60,000 nucleotides of DNA from Botryllus schlosseri (Eukaryota), in assembly GCA_051294905.1 (NCBI GenBank), contig CM119372.1:2358001-2418000 (forward strand). The letters run 5' to 3'. The notes beneath the pieces were generated by a model. The model ran no database searches. It saw only the letters and a program-made list of their open reading frames with translations, and was not told where the DNA came from. The translations under genes were made by a program, and so were the position numbers. The first letter of the stretch is position 1. The number at the start of each line of letters is the position of its first letter. Positions 31,601-46,600 of this stretch are shown here, one piece after another.

Positions 31601-34600
31601 TTAACTTAGTACCAGTAACTTTGCCAGAAATTAGGAATACGGTTCAAGCATGGTTGTTTCCAAGTCACAGGTCAACCTTAGTTTTATAGTTTTGACTAGG
31701 GCCAAGTCGAGTCATTTTCAACACACTACCGAGTCAAGTCCAAGTCCAAGTCATAATGTCATTGTTCAGTATCGAGTTAAAATCGGGTTGAACTTAATTT
31801 TTTGAAACTCTAGCTGCGGTGATATCCAAGGTCTCGCATCTATAATATGCTCATTTTTCTCACCCGTAACATTTTTATTCAAACATATAAAACACAGTTC
31901 CTGGGCCTATTTTCAAATCATCGACCCTGATACACGAGACTTGAATCTAGTCCTATAGAATATCTTGAGTCATGCGCAGGCCTGTTTATTTTTGGATTTC
32001 TCCAAAAATAACAAAAATAGCTTAGTTTTGAATGTTTTCAAATTTTATTTTTGGAGATTCTCCAAAAATAAGAAATGAAGGTGTTCTTTATCCCTAATAC
32101 TACTAGAAAACTTCACAGAAAGTATGTTATTATCATGTATTCATGTCCTCCAACATGTCGACATCATCAGTGATCTGGATCTAACTTCCCAATACTTTCA
32201 TCACAAAGTCTTTGGCCTGGAGAATGCCCTCAAAAATCAGTGACAGACGCCCTTAAGAGACCTATCTATCACTTGATATTCGAGAAATCGGCTTCGACCG
32301 TCGCCGTTGTGGAAAACATCGAGCCTATAGAGGCCTAAAGAACTGTCAGATGGATTCAAACTCTTCAATCTTCCAAGCCTTTGCTCCTGACAAGCGCTGG
32401 TCAATAATGCGCTTGGAAGTGACATCCATTTTGTATCGGAAAGACATGGATTGGAATCGGTCTTCGATATTCTGTATTTTACTCGGATGTCCACTTAATC
32501 GACAGCCGACCTCGGTGTTCGTGGATCAATTCACGGAGCCGCAAACAAAGTAGCCGATGTATCATTGTTTTTCATATTATTAGAATCAAAAAGAGCCAAA
32601 AGTGTTTGTTGTGTCCTCTCTCCTATGTCCCACGAGGTTGCACCACTTGGTGTTGTAGACAGGGCAGGACCCTTTCATTGTCGGCAACTTCAATTTTCTT
32701 TTAGCCGTCGATGAGCCCTGCAATAAGGCTCCCAGCTGTATCGACCTTGGGCTGTGTCTCCTCTTCGTCGAGGACTGGTCGCCCGGTCGAACGCATTCGA
32801 GGTCGAGGACTGCACACCCCTAATCCTCCACGAAGTTGCGTACCTCTGTGAACTTGATAGCCCAGCACCCTCTGAGCAGAAAACCATCCTTGCTGCGGTG
32901 GTCATTGTCCAAGTCCTCAGCTGAGCTCCGAGCTTGAACGCGTTCGACCAGGCGATGTAGCTCCTCCTGCTGCTTCACGTTCAGAAACCCAAGTCCCTGA
33001 AGCTTCGTGAAGGTGGTGCTCAGCTCTGTGGCCATGCAACCGAGGACGATCAGTTGGATCCACAAGTGCGACGAAGGTGCACAGCCCGGACTTTTCTCAT
33101 TGATAATCTCGAGTAGGAAGTGCTCACGTTCCTAATTGACAATCAACCGGTGTCAACAAACTTGGGACAGGTACTTTTCATCTCCTAGATCAAGTTCTGT
33201 TGCTGTCTGAGGTAGCCATTCGGTCCCATTGTCGTGTGGACGAAGTGATTCTTGTAGAGCTGGCGGTATTCGGCCTGCGGCACAAGGTCCAGTGGTGCAG
33301 CCCGCACCATACTCGCACGATTTCATACCCTGCCGCCTGTTCAACCCTTGTAGCCACGCCTTTGATCCATCCAGTAAGTGGAAGTACTTTTAGCACTTCC
33401 GAGACCCCCTCTCACACACACATGCTGTTTCTTGTGTGTTATTGTGAGTTTCCAGGTTGTTTCAACAGTATTTACGCTGCTCTGACTCGTTTATTTCACT
33501 AAAAAACATGAAAAAACATCCTCCAAAAAAAGCTTGTTTTTGGATATCCAAAAATAAACAGGCCTGGTCATGCGCAATGACTCGTGTACAAGTCGAGTTG
33601 ATATACAAAGTGAATCAAGTTGAGTCGAGACATTTTCTGTTTTTAAGAAAATAACTCGAGTCAAGTCGAGTAAAAGAAAAATTATGACTAGAGTCATTAC
33701 AACCCTGGGTTCAAGCAGATATCCTCTTGAATCTACTTAGTAATTTACCTTGTATATTGCCGTTCAAAATTCCGTTGGATTTGATTAATACACAACGAGT
33801 GCCTGCTTCGCATTCACGTGGCTCTCTTTCATCGACTATAACAATGTTGAGATCCAGCATAGTCATGTTGTCGATTGCGTAGCAACGAAGAACCCCATCT
33901 GAACAAGTTGTGATCAATGGTGATGTATATGAGGATAGGAAACAATACACACGGCTTGTACAACACCAGAACACCTTGTACAAAATTAACAAGTCTAGTT
34001 GGCTGATGGTCAACTAACAACTTCGTTTTTTGAGTAGTTCTAGTTCCAGTTGAAAATTTCGAAATGTGAGTAGTTCCATTCGTAGCTGTGTATTCAAAAA
34101 GAGATATTAGTCGTTGAACAACAATAAAACATTTAAGTTTGTTTGGTGTGAATAGTGTTTTGTTGTGTGACGTTCTTACGGCCATTGCAAGCTCTGAATC
34201 ATCACCACTAACAACGGAGTAGCCAGGAGGTGGGTTTTCGGGGTCAGAAACCATCCTATATTCACCGATTCGATCCGATGAAATAAGAATTAATGAGCTG
34301 CTGCAGAATTCAGTCTAGGTATTTGTGTTTTAATTACCGTAGTAATTTGTGAATTTTTAAAGGTCATTAGTAGCGCAAGTTTTTGCAGCTTTTGCAACTT
34401 GTTTCACAGCTTCTGGCAGCTTCCTAAATCTTCGGAAGTTATGTAGAATGCTGTTTTAAGCTGTTTGAAGGAATCTTATAGTGTAGGTTCTGACCATTTT
34501 TTTTCATGCAACTTTATATTGATTTTTCATGCAACCAACTTTTACTGAAAATATTTGGCAGTATATGTAAATAGAACGCTTCATTATTCGACTGAAATAC

Positions 34601-37600
34601 CGTAAATCAGCAATGATGTAACGGTCTGACGGGTATATCGGGAGCTGAGCCGGAAAGTTGACCTTTTTTTTCAGTCATTCAACGGAGAATGTGGATGGAA
34701 AACTGTTTTACGGGAGTGGAACTGGGAAGTTAACCTTTTTTTTAGTGCAACTTTTGTGAAAAATAAATGCAACCTTCCACGGATTTGACTGCAACAAAAA
34801 CTTGCCCTAGTCGTTAGTTGGCATTTTGAAAATCCATTGCTTTGTACTAGGCTACCAAACACACTATTCAGAACATCGATGTAACAATATCAAACATACA
34901 TCAAAATATCATGCGTTGTGCATGGGAAGGTATGGCCAAATTGGATTTTTGCGCTGACCCTTGAAACTTATCCATCCCGTTTTTCAGCGAATTGGTCTCT
35001 CAATATAGAAGTAGGAATTGGAGAGTGGTATCTATTATCAAATTATTATTCAAACTACAGAGTACTAATATTATATGTACGAAATTCTCCTTGATTTTTG
35101 AAACTCGAATCCATCTAAGATTCAAAAGAATAAAGGATACAATTGATATAAAAGATAGTATAAATGTGTAGCGTTATGTTAAAGTCACCTATTACAGGAC
35201 TAGCAGTTGTTGTCGGTATGATATCTTTAACACCGTCGCTCGTTGTCGGCATGTATTGCGATTCCGTGATCACGGAGGCTGTAAAATAGGTTAGTCAGGA
35301 TAAGTGTGGGTAGCGGTGATGATAATAATGCTGTACGAAGCTAGGGTGGTAAATATCATATCTCACTAATAATCAGCGGTATAATTAGGCCGTCAGATGT
35401 GGCAATGGTGGAAAGCAATGAAGTACTTCTACCTTTTCAGAATAATGAAAAAAGTTTGTAATTAGATTACTTCCATCTCAACTTGAACAGTTTTCTTGGT
35501 AAAATCACTTCCTTATTCACTATAGATTTTGAAAAGTACAAGATATTTTTGTGATGAGTTTACGTCGCTTATGTTAGCGTCACGTGAAATCGAGCCTGAA
35601 ATTAATAACTGTTCGAGGATCGAAAGTATAGTCATTTTGATTTGGTCACAAAAAGACATCTTTCGATCTCGAACGACAACAGCCCTGATTAACTGGAAAA
35701 ACCATGCAAATATATCAACTTACTGTAACTATTTCCTTGAGTAGCTCTCGAAGCTTTAATTTCACACGTCATCTCGAATTCGTTATGACATGTCTTAGAA
35801 ATTGCTACTTCGATTTGTAATTGAGTAGAAATTTACTGCGTTACTTGTACTTCCACCTGAGTAGCAATGCGAACTATTTTAAACGACCTTCGCAGACGGC
35901 ATATACAACTTTCTCTCTGATATACGATGTTATGCTCAACTCTCTACTAGTTGCCGACGATTACCCCTGACGAGTGTCAGCCAAAAATATTCGGGTTTAT
36001 TGTAATATGAATATCATAAGTAACAGATTGAATGAATCATACGCTGGTGGTTAGTTGAAATACGGCCATTGCATTAAAAAAGAAAGTGATGACATGTTTT
36101 TGAATGTCAGACCGTACTTGTGGTTTCCGTTGGCAGCGAAATGTTTCCGGTTGATCGAGGTCCATCGTTGCACAGATCACCTTCACAGCAATACGCAGAA
36201 CACGACGTCAACGTCATAGAAAGCTCGGCACCGACTCCCGCTTGGAAGAGATAGTCGCAAGTGTCTCCTTGGCACGATTTTTCCGAAACACACTCGCCGT
36301 AATTCACTAACACTATGAATTTGAGGGTGAATTGGAGGAATGTTGTATAACATCCTTGCATTAAACATTAGGACTGGGCACAATGATTCGAGTTATCAAA
36401 TCTGGAACGAGTAATAATTCTAATGATCAAGTCGTGAGAGAAGATTCTTCGATTATTGAAATTACACGCCTCTATCCACTAAGAACTAATTTATTGATGA
36501 GAATCCTGCAGCGTACCATAAAAAACATGTAGTGCAAATGCTACATACGTTGGTGGAAATGACATATCTTTCAAGTCTGGATCAAACCACACCGTTGTCA
36601 CAAAGTGTAATGAAATAGGTATGGTCGAAAAAAATACCAAGAATCTTTAATGTGATAATAAACTGGCACCATATTCTTTGTGGTCGCATAAAAGGTACGT
36701 ATCTGAACTTTCCTCATCATTAATTGTCTGGTGAAGTCACAATGAGTCTTATTCGAAGACTCGACTCAAAACTTAATACTCGATACAGGGTATCACTCAG
36801 GAACTCGATTCTGCCCAGCCCTATTAAACATACAGTTTACGGTGGTTCCATCCATGGCTGTTTGCGCCGTAGCATTCATAAACATACACCTGGTCAGATC
36901 ACCGCAAGTTACTTCGGTTTTGAGATCTTCAACAGTGGTGCTTGTTTCCAAGAAAACTGATTTTCTAATATTGTAACATCTCGCTTCAGGACCTGTAATG
37001 TTTATGCTGTCACAATTTTATGGACGCATTTTAAAAAGCCAAACTGTATACCCTCGATCGCGACTCCTGCTGATGACTCCGAGGTGGGTTCTGAAAAAAT
37101 GCATTTGATGCTCGAGTTAAATTAGAAATTTTGGTGGGCATTGTATACCAGTAGATTTGTGGCCCATAAAATAGTGTATAAGATGATTATTCAATTACAT
37201 TATTTTTTCATGCTAGTGCTAAAATTGTTTGCGTACATTGCACTAGGGCATGGATTCTTAACCTGTGGTCCATGGACTAGTTCCAAGTGGTCCGTAAAAC
37301 GCTATGTTAAAACCTAAAACTACAAAACTGTCCATATTTTTGATATTTGTCTTATTTTCAGCGCACTCAATATACCAGAAGCAAAAGTGATGACTTCATT
37401 TTTAGTCGTCAGGTAGCTTTCTAGGCAATAATTATTGATCAGATGGCAATATAAGCCGATGGTTATGTCTGGGCGGAAGTGATGACCCTTTTTTTAGTCA
37501 CCAGGTTCCAAATTTCAAGCTTAGGAACTTCACGAAATCTCCCACAAAATTTACGGGTCCTCGCTAGAAAAGTTTGAGAAACACTGCACTAGGAGGTAAT

Positions 37601-40600
37601 GATATGGCCGTATATTACGGCTGTTCCGGATTCCGGGCATTCACTGATTTAATTGCGAGGTTGCCTAAAAACGCTGCAAACCAAATTAGGCTGAATTCCA
37701 AGTTCCATCGTGCTGATGCGGAGCAATTGAAACTTTTGATTTTATTAAAAATTTTTTTTTTTCAAATTCCACTGTCAACTCCATGAAATTGTTAAATTGT
37801 GGGGAAAAAAAATGCATAACATTTTTTCTCAATTCCAACTGGTAGAAGCAAAGTTATCGCAATTTCGCATTGACGGCGGGTAATCACAGAATTATTAACA
37901 AAAAAACTCCAATAACTTCACTTCTACTGGTTGGAATTGCGTCAAATTTGTTTAGCATAGTTTTCGCAGACAATTCAATAATTTCATCGGGTTGACAGTA
38001 AAATTTGAATATTTTTCAATGTTTTATAATAAATTCAAAAATTTCAATTGGATCTGTGTCGGCTTCTACTGGTTGGAATTGATTCTAAGTTATTGTGCAG
38101 CGTTTTTTTAGGCCACCTAAGAATTTAAAATGTGAATCCCGAAATCTGTAAAAAAAGTTAATTTCGAACAACCCTACCGTATACGCGTGTACTTTGCTAA
38201 TAATATTACAGATGTTTGCATAAGAGAAGTCTTGCAAGAAGATAATAGTTTGTACTGTACAACTACCAAATGTTCTACTTCAATTCTTACTTGAGCGTGT
38301 AGTATTGGTTATCAAACTTGCAACTGTTGTAAGCATATCTCGTGATATCGATGGAAATGTGGCATTCAACACCGTTGCTTGGGTAGAGCTTTCCGAGGTT
38401 GCTGAAACGCGATAGAGTATTTGGGAATGTAGGATATCACACGTGGTAAAAATTTGCGATGCAAAATTCATGCGAATGACAGGGTGGACGATGACAGTCA
38501 AGCATTTAATAACGAATATGCAATAGACATGCAAGTATTTTCTACCAAATTTCAGGATGTTATTTCAATCTAATATTATACCAATATAATGACATTCATC
38601 CGGGTTCATTGTTCTATCGTTGGATTTCTCATTCATTTTTACATTGCATTTGCTGCTCGAGCAAAATCTTGATACAACACATCTGATAATTCAATGAATC
38701 GTAGGGTGTGTTCGTCCAGCTACAAGATGCAATATTTGTTTCTTTACGATGATCAAGGTATACGAATTTGAAAGTTAATTTTATCAATAATTTTACCGAA
38801 AGAATTTGAAAAACATGATTTCGAATGTATATAACAAGGATTCAATTAATACGCTCTGCACATGGCTTTTGGTCGAGTAAGGTGTGAGAGTTCTATAGCA
38901 TCAGCAACTTTATCGAAAGATTTGGGAGAACTCTATTGCATACCATCATTTTCAATGTCAGTTGGTGACTCAGTGGTATATCCGAATAAGTTTCGGAATT
39001 CCTCTTTTGATAAATTCCTATCTGCAATATCGATCTCTGTTGTGAAAACAAATGGCGACTCTGTGATGTCTTCTGCAAAAATTTATAATGTCAGTAGAAA
39101 TGCAAAAATGTAAAACATCAATTGTATATTGTATCAGAGAGGTGCGTTATCCAAAAATTGACTTCCTCATCAAGTTTTACCAAGTTCATTAGATATGTAA
39201 TTAAATTCGACGACTTCTATATCACTTTTTTACCCAAGTAGGATCAATCTATACCAGTGGTTCCAAACGTGAGCGATTTTTAGAAGGAGGGGGCGAAAGC
39301 GTACGAAGGGGGCGATAGTGGGGCGAAAATGTTAGAACGGCTATATTTAACTAATTAACACGAAATGAGCACCAAAAACGGGTTGTTCTGAATCTGCCCT
39401 AAAAGTTGACTAAAAAAAAGTTAACTCCCACTGATTATACACGGAGAAGGGTCTCTCGAGAGTTATGTCGAAAAAATGATCTTTTTTAGTCAATTCACCA
39501 GCAATCAGAGTTTAGTTGAATAAAATTTCACGTTCATATGTCCTCATTTTCGGTCCGGAAAATATGGGGGTGGATCTTTGCGTCGAGCTGGATAAAGGGC
39601 GGTGAGTCGAAAAAGATTTGGAGCCACTGATCTATACCCAGTCCATTAGTGAATAGACATCGCTAGCTCTCATTACGAATGACAAAACTCATTTGACAAA
39701 AGATATTGCAAAACCACATCCAGTTTAAAAAATGCATAAAAAGAGAGAGAGAGTCTTTATTTTTCATCCAACCGTAACACAGAACAAAGAAACACCAACT
39801 TTGATGATACAGAAAAATACGCAAGCACAGTGTTTGATATCGGATAGGAGTAATCGACACGAGCTTTGAGGTACACCCGTGCTAAACTGGTACACCGTCT
39901 CTGTATCATATTTGTGTTATTGATATTAGTTGCAAAAAAGAAGAAAATAGAAAAATTAAATGAATATCATAAATTAATGACATGCAATGTCTGGGCGATG
40001 TAGGGCAACAGTGGTTATATGACGATATGATAATAGAGTAAGTCTTTTTAAAATCTATGGTACGGCAATTCACGGATGTGTTCGGGCAATGCATTCTAAA
40101 TGATAGGTCTTGAGTAGGGATGAGGACAGTGATTTGAGTGCTTGAATCTGAATCATGTGTTAAGTCTGATGGTTCGAGTAGAGTACTGAACATATAGTGT
40201 TGATATTATTTTCCACAGTGGAAGTCTCGATTGGTCATGTTGCAGTTAGGTTGCTCAAAAATAACTTTTTTCCAGATATCGCGGACAGTTGTGGTGTGAT
40301 AATGAGTGACGCTCGACACCTAATAACAAATCACTCAGTACCAGTACTCAATTTTGCCTAGCCCTAGTCCTGATTAGTCTATAGAACTCTTACGTTGGGG
40401 TGAGTAGATGTTTCTCTTTGACTAGGATCTGGTATTATGGGAGTGAACATCTTTAGTAGGTATGAATGAGTCATCAAACAGAACAGCTATCGAAGCAATC
40501 TAATTGAAAATATTTGTGAATAACATAATCATCGTCGCTCTCTAAATGAAGACCGCTGAGGTAGTACTGACCAGTTGTATTCTGTGGCGTATTTTTCGGT

Positions 40601-43600
40601 ACTATTGTTCCGCCATTGCACAGATTTCCGTCACAGCAAAATTCGCTACAGGTAGTTATCGTTAATTCAACGTTACCGAGCTCTTCGACCGTGAGACTAC
40701 CACAAATGCCTTCCGTGCAGGACGCCTCAGGAACGCAAGTTCCATAGTTTATCGAAACTACAAAATGATGTACCGATGAAACAAGGATCGATTTAGCGCT
40801 ATGCAAGTGAAGTACCATCTGATATAACTCCGTCGACTGATGTCTGCGCGGTAGCGTTAAGAGACAAGCAAGTTCCACCGCCCTCACACGGAATTTCATA
40901 TTCATCGTTTCTCAGAACCGTTCCAGTGTCAACAAATTCTACTTTATTGACGTAGTAACACATCAACGATTGAGCTTCTGCGAAGAAATGACAACACCAC
41001 GTCTCAATTTCACTCATTATGATTGGCAACTTTTAATGACACCTTATTTAGAGCCTGACAGATATCGGATTTTAGGGCTGATACCAGTGTTGGGATCAAG
41101 TGACTACCTTCAAGTCACAAGTCATTGCACATTTTGACTCGAGTCAAGTCAAGTCAATCGATTTTCGAAGGTGACTCGAGTCAAGTCAAGTCACTCGATT
41201 TTTGGAGGTGACTCGAGTCAAGTCGAGTCAAGTCAAGTCAAGTCACGAGTCAAGTCATAATTCAAGTCAAGTTGCCTTTTCGAAGTATGAAGCATGATTA
41301 CGTCATTGCATTTCGCTAGGTGTCTGAATAACAGATTGATTGGTCATTGATTCTGAACCGATGAACGAATATAGAGTTAAGTATACATGCAATAAAGGGG
41401 CTGTATCGCGCACATATACGTAGAACTGTTAAACTACGTAAGTAATTGCATAGCCTCATTTTATAGTTACCAGCCGAGAAAAAGAATCGAGAAACGAATT
41501 GATAAGATGCAATACAGTACAATACAATACAATACAATACATTTATACATATTGATATGATACAATTCGAGTCCGCGCCAATGGTTGAGGAGTATATAAA
41601 CTACATTCGATTTCAACTTCAATAAAACAAGAGGTTCGGTTAAGGTAAGAACAGAGAACAGAAATGGATATTTTGCTATTAAATTACTTTACTACTAGTT
41701 TACGACAACGTAAGCTGTAGCTTCGATCACTTCGTTTGTGGTCAATATATTTGTGAGAGAATATTTGCGGCTCAGTAAAACGCACGATCATTGAATGATC
41801 GGTCGCTCTTATGGGTTACACAAGTGTTTGGCGAACAATCCGAACATATGCAAGATAAGCTGATTTTTATGTGATGACTTGAAATTGACTCGTTAATTTT
41901 GCTCCGAGTTACGAGTCAATCCACATTTCTGATACGCCGAGTCAAGTCAAGCCATTTTAGCAAAGTGACTCGAGTCAAGTCAAGTCAAACGAAAAAGGTG
42001 ACTCGATACTGACTCGAGTCAAGTCATGACTTGAGTCATCCCAACACTGGCTGATACCCATAAAGCCCATAACTAGCACTTTCACCTATATATTCAGCTA
42101 ATATTCGGAAAATATTGCATCTAGGTTAAGACTCATTTCCAAAACTTCCGAGCCTTGATCAAAGAAAAACATCGCAACGCTTGGAAATGAAGCAATCTAG
42201 AAAGGCTACATTTGGACATCTGAAAACCATAAGCAGTAGATCAATCAATATTTCAATTCTCGCATTCACAGATTATAGTTCAGGAGTTTTTGAGCATTTC
42301 ATCATGTAACGAACTTCAGTGGTCATCATAAATGAGGCCTAATCGAGGCAAAACGTTGTACAAGCTAACGTGTACTCTACAGAGTTCTTCCTTGAAAAAA
42401 TTTATGTACATGCAGTGAAGTCTTCTACTACTCGTTTCTACTATACTGTGACATCAAAAATGGCTGTTATATCCACACCAGTAACGGTTAATACTGATAT
42501 CTGTTTCAAAGCGTGATATTGACTCGATATTATTGGTGAACCGATTATTGGTCAGGCTCTACACCGTATTACTTGTTAGATCAGCACGCAGTTACATGTT
42601 AGGAAATATCATAGAAAGTGGGAAGATAATACGTTACCTTCTGTAACATCCGGAACAGTAGGTGTTAACATGGAGCTACCAGGCATGGTACTACCTTCGT
42701 TACAGAGATCTTCACTGCAGCAAGTAGCCTTACAAGAACCAATGATGAATCCTGTATCTCCCGTAATCACTTGAGATGACAGCCCTTCGCACAGATTTCC
42801 ACCACAAGATAGCGCAGTTACGCACAACCCGTATTGGATAGCAACTGCAAGGAATTCATGTTATGTCACTCTTATTTAAAGGAGCACTGCGTTCTACATA
42901 TGATGTGGTCGCAATTCAACGATGAAATCTGGAAACAATTGTTGGCGAATACCCATACTCGTCAGAAAGTTACCGTATTCGAACTGCAGCTAAAAATTTA
43001 TAATAAATGGACCATTGCACATTTCGATGCCACAGATCTGACTTGGACAACTAGATAATTACAGTTATATATTTAGATTATTATTACGAAATTCCAGTAA
43101 TCTATTTTAATTTTGTGAAATGTTTTTATGCTCAAATTTTGATTGTAATCTCATTTCTGGTTTTCCTGACAATGCTACAGGAGAACAGTACAGCGCGAAA
43201 TGAGCCAAGATTCATGTAAAGACATTTGCGATTCTTGTGCTTATCAGAATGCTCCCTGATATGTTATAAATCGAAGTTGATTTTTGTGGTGTTTCTGTCT
43301 AATTCAGAATTTTATTCAATTTCCAAGTTTTTGCGATTTCAGCAATTCTACATGTATTCTAATTTGGTACAAAAACTGTGTAGCTATAATTCTGAATCAA
43401 ATATAATTTGGCGAACTGAAAATTTTGTAGTTGTCCAAATCTTCAACAGATATATATATAGCTGCAGCCAGAGTACAATGGTACATTTAAAAAGATCTAT
43501 TAGCTGTCGTTCAGTTCGAATACAGTGGCCTCATGGTTATTGGTAAAGAGTATCCCGATTCACCTTTAGTTAGAGACCACATTACATTTAGAGCGCAGTG

Positions 43601-46600
43601 CCCCTTTCGGGAACATGCGATTTTTACCGTTCATTTCGAAGCCTGCTGCGGACATTGAGGCATCGGCATCAGCCAGAAGACATGCAGAATTTTCAGGGCA
43701 CGTCATAATTGTTTTTGAGTCGGAAATCAGTGTGCCGGTCGATGGATTGGTGACTTTGTTAATGACGTAGCATTTCAATGAATCTTTTGAGCCTGAATCA
43801 ACAAGCAAATTACCGAGATTGCCAGAGTTTCCCAGTATCTAGGAAATTTTCACCTGTAGTAGATTCATCGGTTCCAACTGGTGGCTGCGCTGTTGTACCT
43901 ATATTAAGAGAGAACGAGTTACTTTAGCATGAAAATGGCCGGTTTTCACTGTTAAATTCTAGAGCTTCTTTGAGGTACAGAACATCAGTATACAATTGAA
44001 TAGTATATTCATATTGAAATGAACCGGAATATTTTCGACTAACACTTGTCAGGGGTAATCGTATCACAAAATATGACATGGAATTTCGAATGATCGGGAC
44101 GTAGACAGTCCTTAAGCTCAATAGTTTCATTTGGATGCCTTGGAGTCGACTTTATCAAAATACGCCAACCAAGTCCGTACCTGCAGAAAGAGTTTGTGTA
44201 TCTAAAATAGTACATGGAGCTTGAGTGTTCTCTTCGCAACGATTATTCGAAATTTCACGCCTGTGACGTCACATTTTGTGATACGATTGTTGATATACGA
44301 TGTTCTTTCCAATTCTCTACTAATTACTGATGATTACCCCTGACGAGTGTCAAGTGAAAATATTTGGGCTCATCTCAATATGAATATACTATTCAACTCT
44401 TAATTTCTGATAAAAACTTGATTAAGTCGGTCTTAAAAATACTACCAGTGGTCAAGTCTGCTTTTTTGAGTGCTTTTTTGAGTCCAAAACCATATGCACC
44501 TGGAGGCAAATAATTATTTTTTCACCAACAATTATCTATTTTACACTTACTAGCCACCATTGAATACCTGTAACCTTGATTAACTTAATCACAGCATCGA
44601 AATGATGTAGTATGTATGTTCTGAGGAACGACTTTTAAAAGACAACTTCAAGTCGTTTCGAAACCTTCCTATCGTTTCATTGCATCGAAGTCTTGTTGTG
44701 TTTTGAAATGATGAAAATTAATAATAAACTGATGGTGAATAGAAATACAACCATTCATCCCAACATAAACGCCACAATAGTAATAATTTTGCGAAAAATA
44801 ACGTGCTTGTTCACCTGTAGTTGGCAGACTTGGACTTGCGGATGGGATGGCCGTTGTTTGCGTCGGCAAATCATTACACAAATCCGCCTCACAACATGAT
44901 GCATCACATGAGATGAAATTCAGAGAAAGTCCCTGTTCGATACCGATGGGGGGCACAGAGTCACAGATATTTGTGTTACAAGATACAGCCGGCAGGCATG
45001 ATCCATACGATACTTCAACTGGCGAGAAAAGTAACATAGATTGGTGCAATAATGATTGATTTTTAAAAAGTATGGATCCCACCATCTACGCTGAAGCCTT
45101 GTACCTCCACCTTAGCTTTGGCATCAACGAGCATACATTTGAATTGAGGCAGGCATGTCTGGACTGATTTCGTGTCGACCAGCACAGTCCCGATGAGAGG
45201 CGAGGTAACTCTAGTCAGAGTGTAACATCTCAGAGACGCAACGGAATCTGAAAACATGTATCGTTGAAAATTTTGTTCATGAGTTAATTCATTAGGAACT
45301 TGACATGAATTAAAGACTTTCTCCGACACATAGCCGCCCAATTGTGACATGACCATTACCAAGCTCATTGTCAATGCCACGATTGGTTCCATCGTAATAG
45401 TCACAATCACATGTGTTTATTTATCAGCTATGAAGCAGCAACAGCGCTTACAAGTCGCATATTCTAGCCTGCATGCCTCACTTAAATATTTATGATGTGT
45501 TTTTCAAAAATTACAAAAAGATTTGTGGCACACCTGACAATCTGTGGCGGCACACAATTTGGGAGTCAGTGGTGTAAATCAATAAAATATATAACAGAAA
45601 TGCAATTCGGTAAAATATGACACGTAAAGTATAGACAGGAGGCTCAATATAACAGTCATCAAATCCGAGCCACCAACTCCAGTAGTATCTTACCACAGAA
45701 GTAGATGCCCCAAAAACTTGAAGATTACTTTACAATAATACAAATGCAGGAAGAAAAAACAACAACAAAAAACCAAACAGAATCCCAGAAAATCATTAGA
45801 AATTAAATGACTTGAAAAGGCCACTTCAAATACAATTTAGCAGAGGCTTATAAGCAGAGAGTCAAAAGATTATGAACAAATAATATTAAATAGAAGGATA
45901 TAATATGGTTGAAATGTCATGTGTTAATCTAATGATGCATAATTTACAATGAATTTGAAACTTACGAGTGTTTAGATACACAGTACTATCTCCTCATGTT
46001 GTCATCACAGAGATAAGGCCTATAGCACTAATAATGTACAAAAAAATATCTATTCAACTTTGTAAGACCGCACACAATTTGGTTAAATACCAGTTGGCTG
46101 CATATCAGTATGTAAAACAACAGGGTGAGACAAACTACTAGAGATTGAATAGATTCTTTACCTTCTGTTGTCTGAGAAATGGCAGATTCTGCAGTCGTAG
46201 ATTCTGAAATTAGAAAAATGTGTACTGTGGAAAATCAATTGCGGATCTGAGCTAATTCTGGACAAGACTTTGAAAAGAGCTGTTCCATTCCATCCGACAT
46301 TATGCTGAATGTTAAAAGAAATTTCAAACTGGTCATATCATACATTACAGATTAATCAACATCCATCATCATATCACCGTAAATTTGTCTATACAGCAAA
46401 TTAATGGGGTAGTATCTCAAAATCTAAGATAATTACCAGGAGATGAAGAAACCATTGCAGAGATAAGAGTTGTAATTTCTAAATCAAAACAATATAATGA
46501 TAATAAGACAAGTGCAACATCTAGCATCTATCATCATACCTTTGGTGGTCTTTATCATAGCAGTTGTCAAACTTGGCGGAGTCACTGAAGAGAATTATTT

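Noticed and set aside
38575..38720. Additional LU half (RCVVSRFCSSSKCNV)
   Set aside because: In-frame stop just upstream and an incomplete cysteine set; at most a decayed exon.
45248..45392. MEPIVALTMSLVMVMSQLGG in frame with LU6 as an internal signal peptide/alternative start
   Set aside because: No phase-1 donor found. It lies roughly where sister repeats have the 36-nt TTTASIEPT spacer, so a diverged spacer or chance is more likely. 5' RACE could revisit this.
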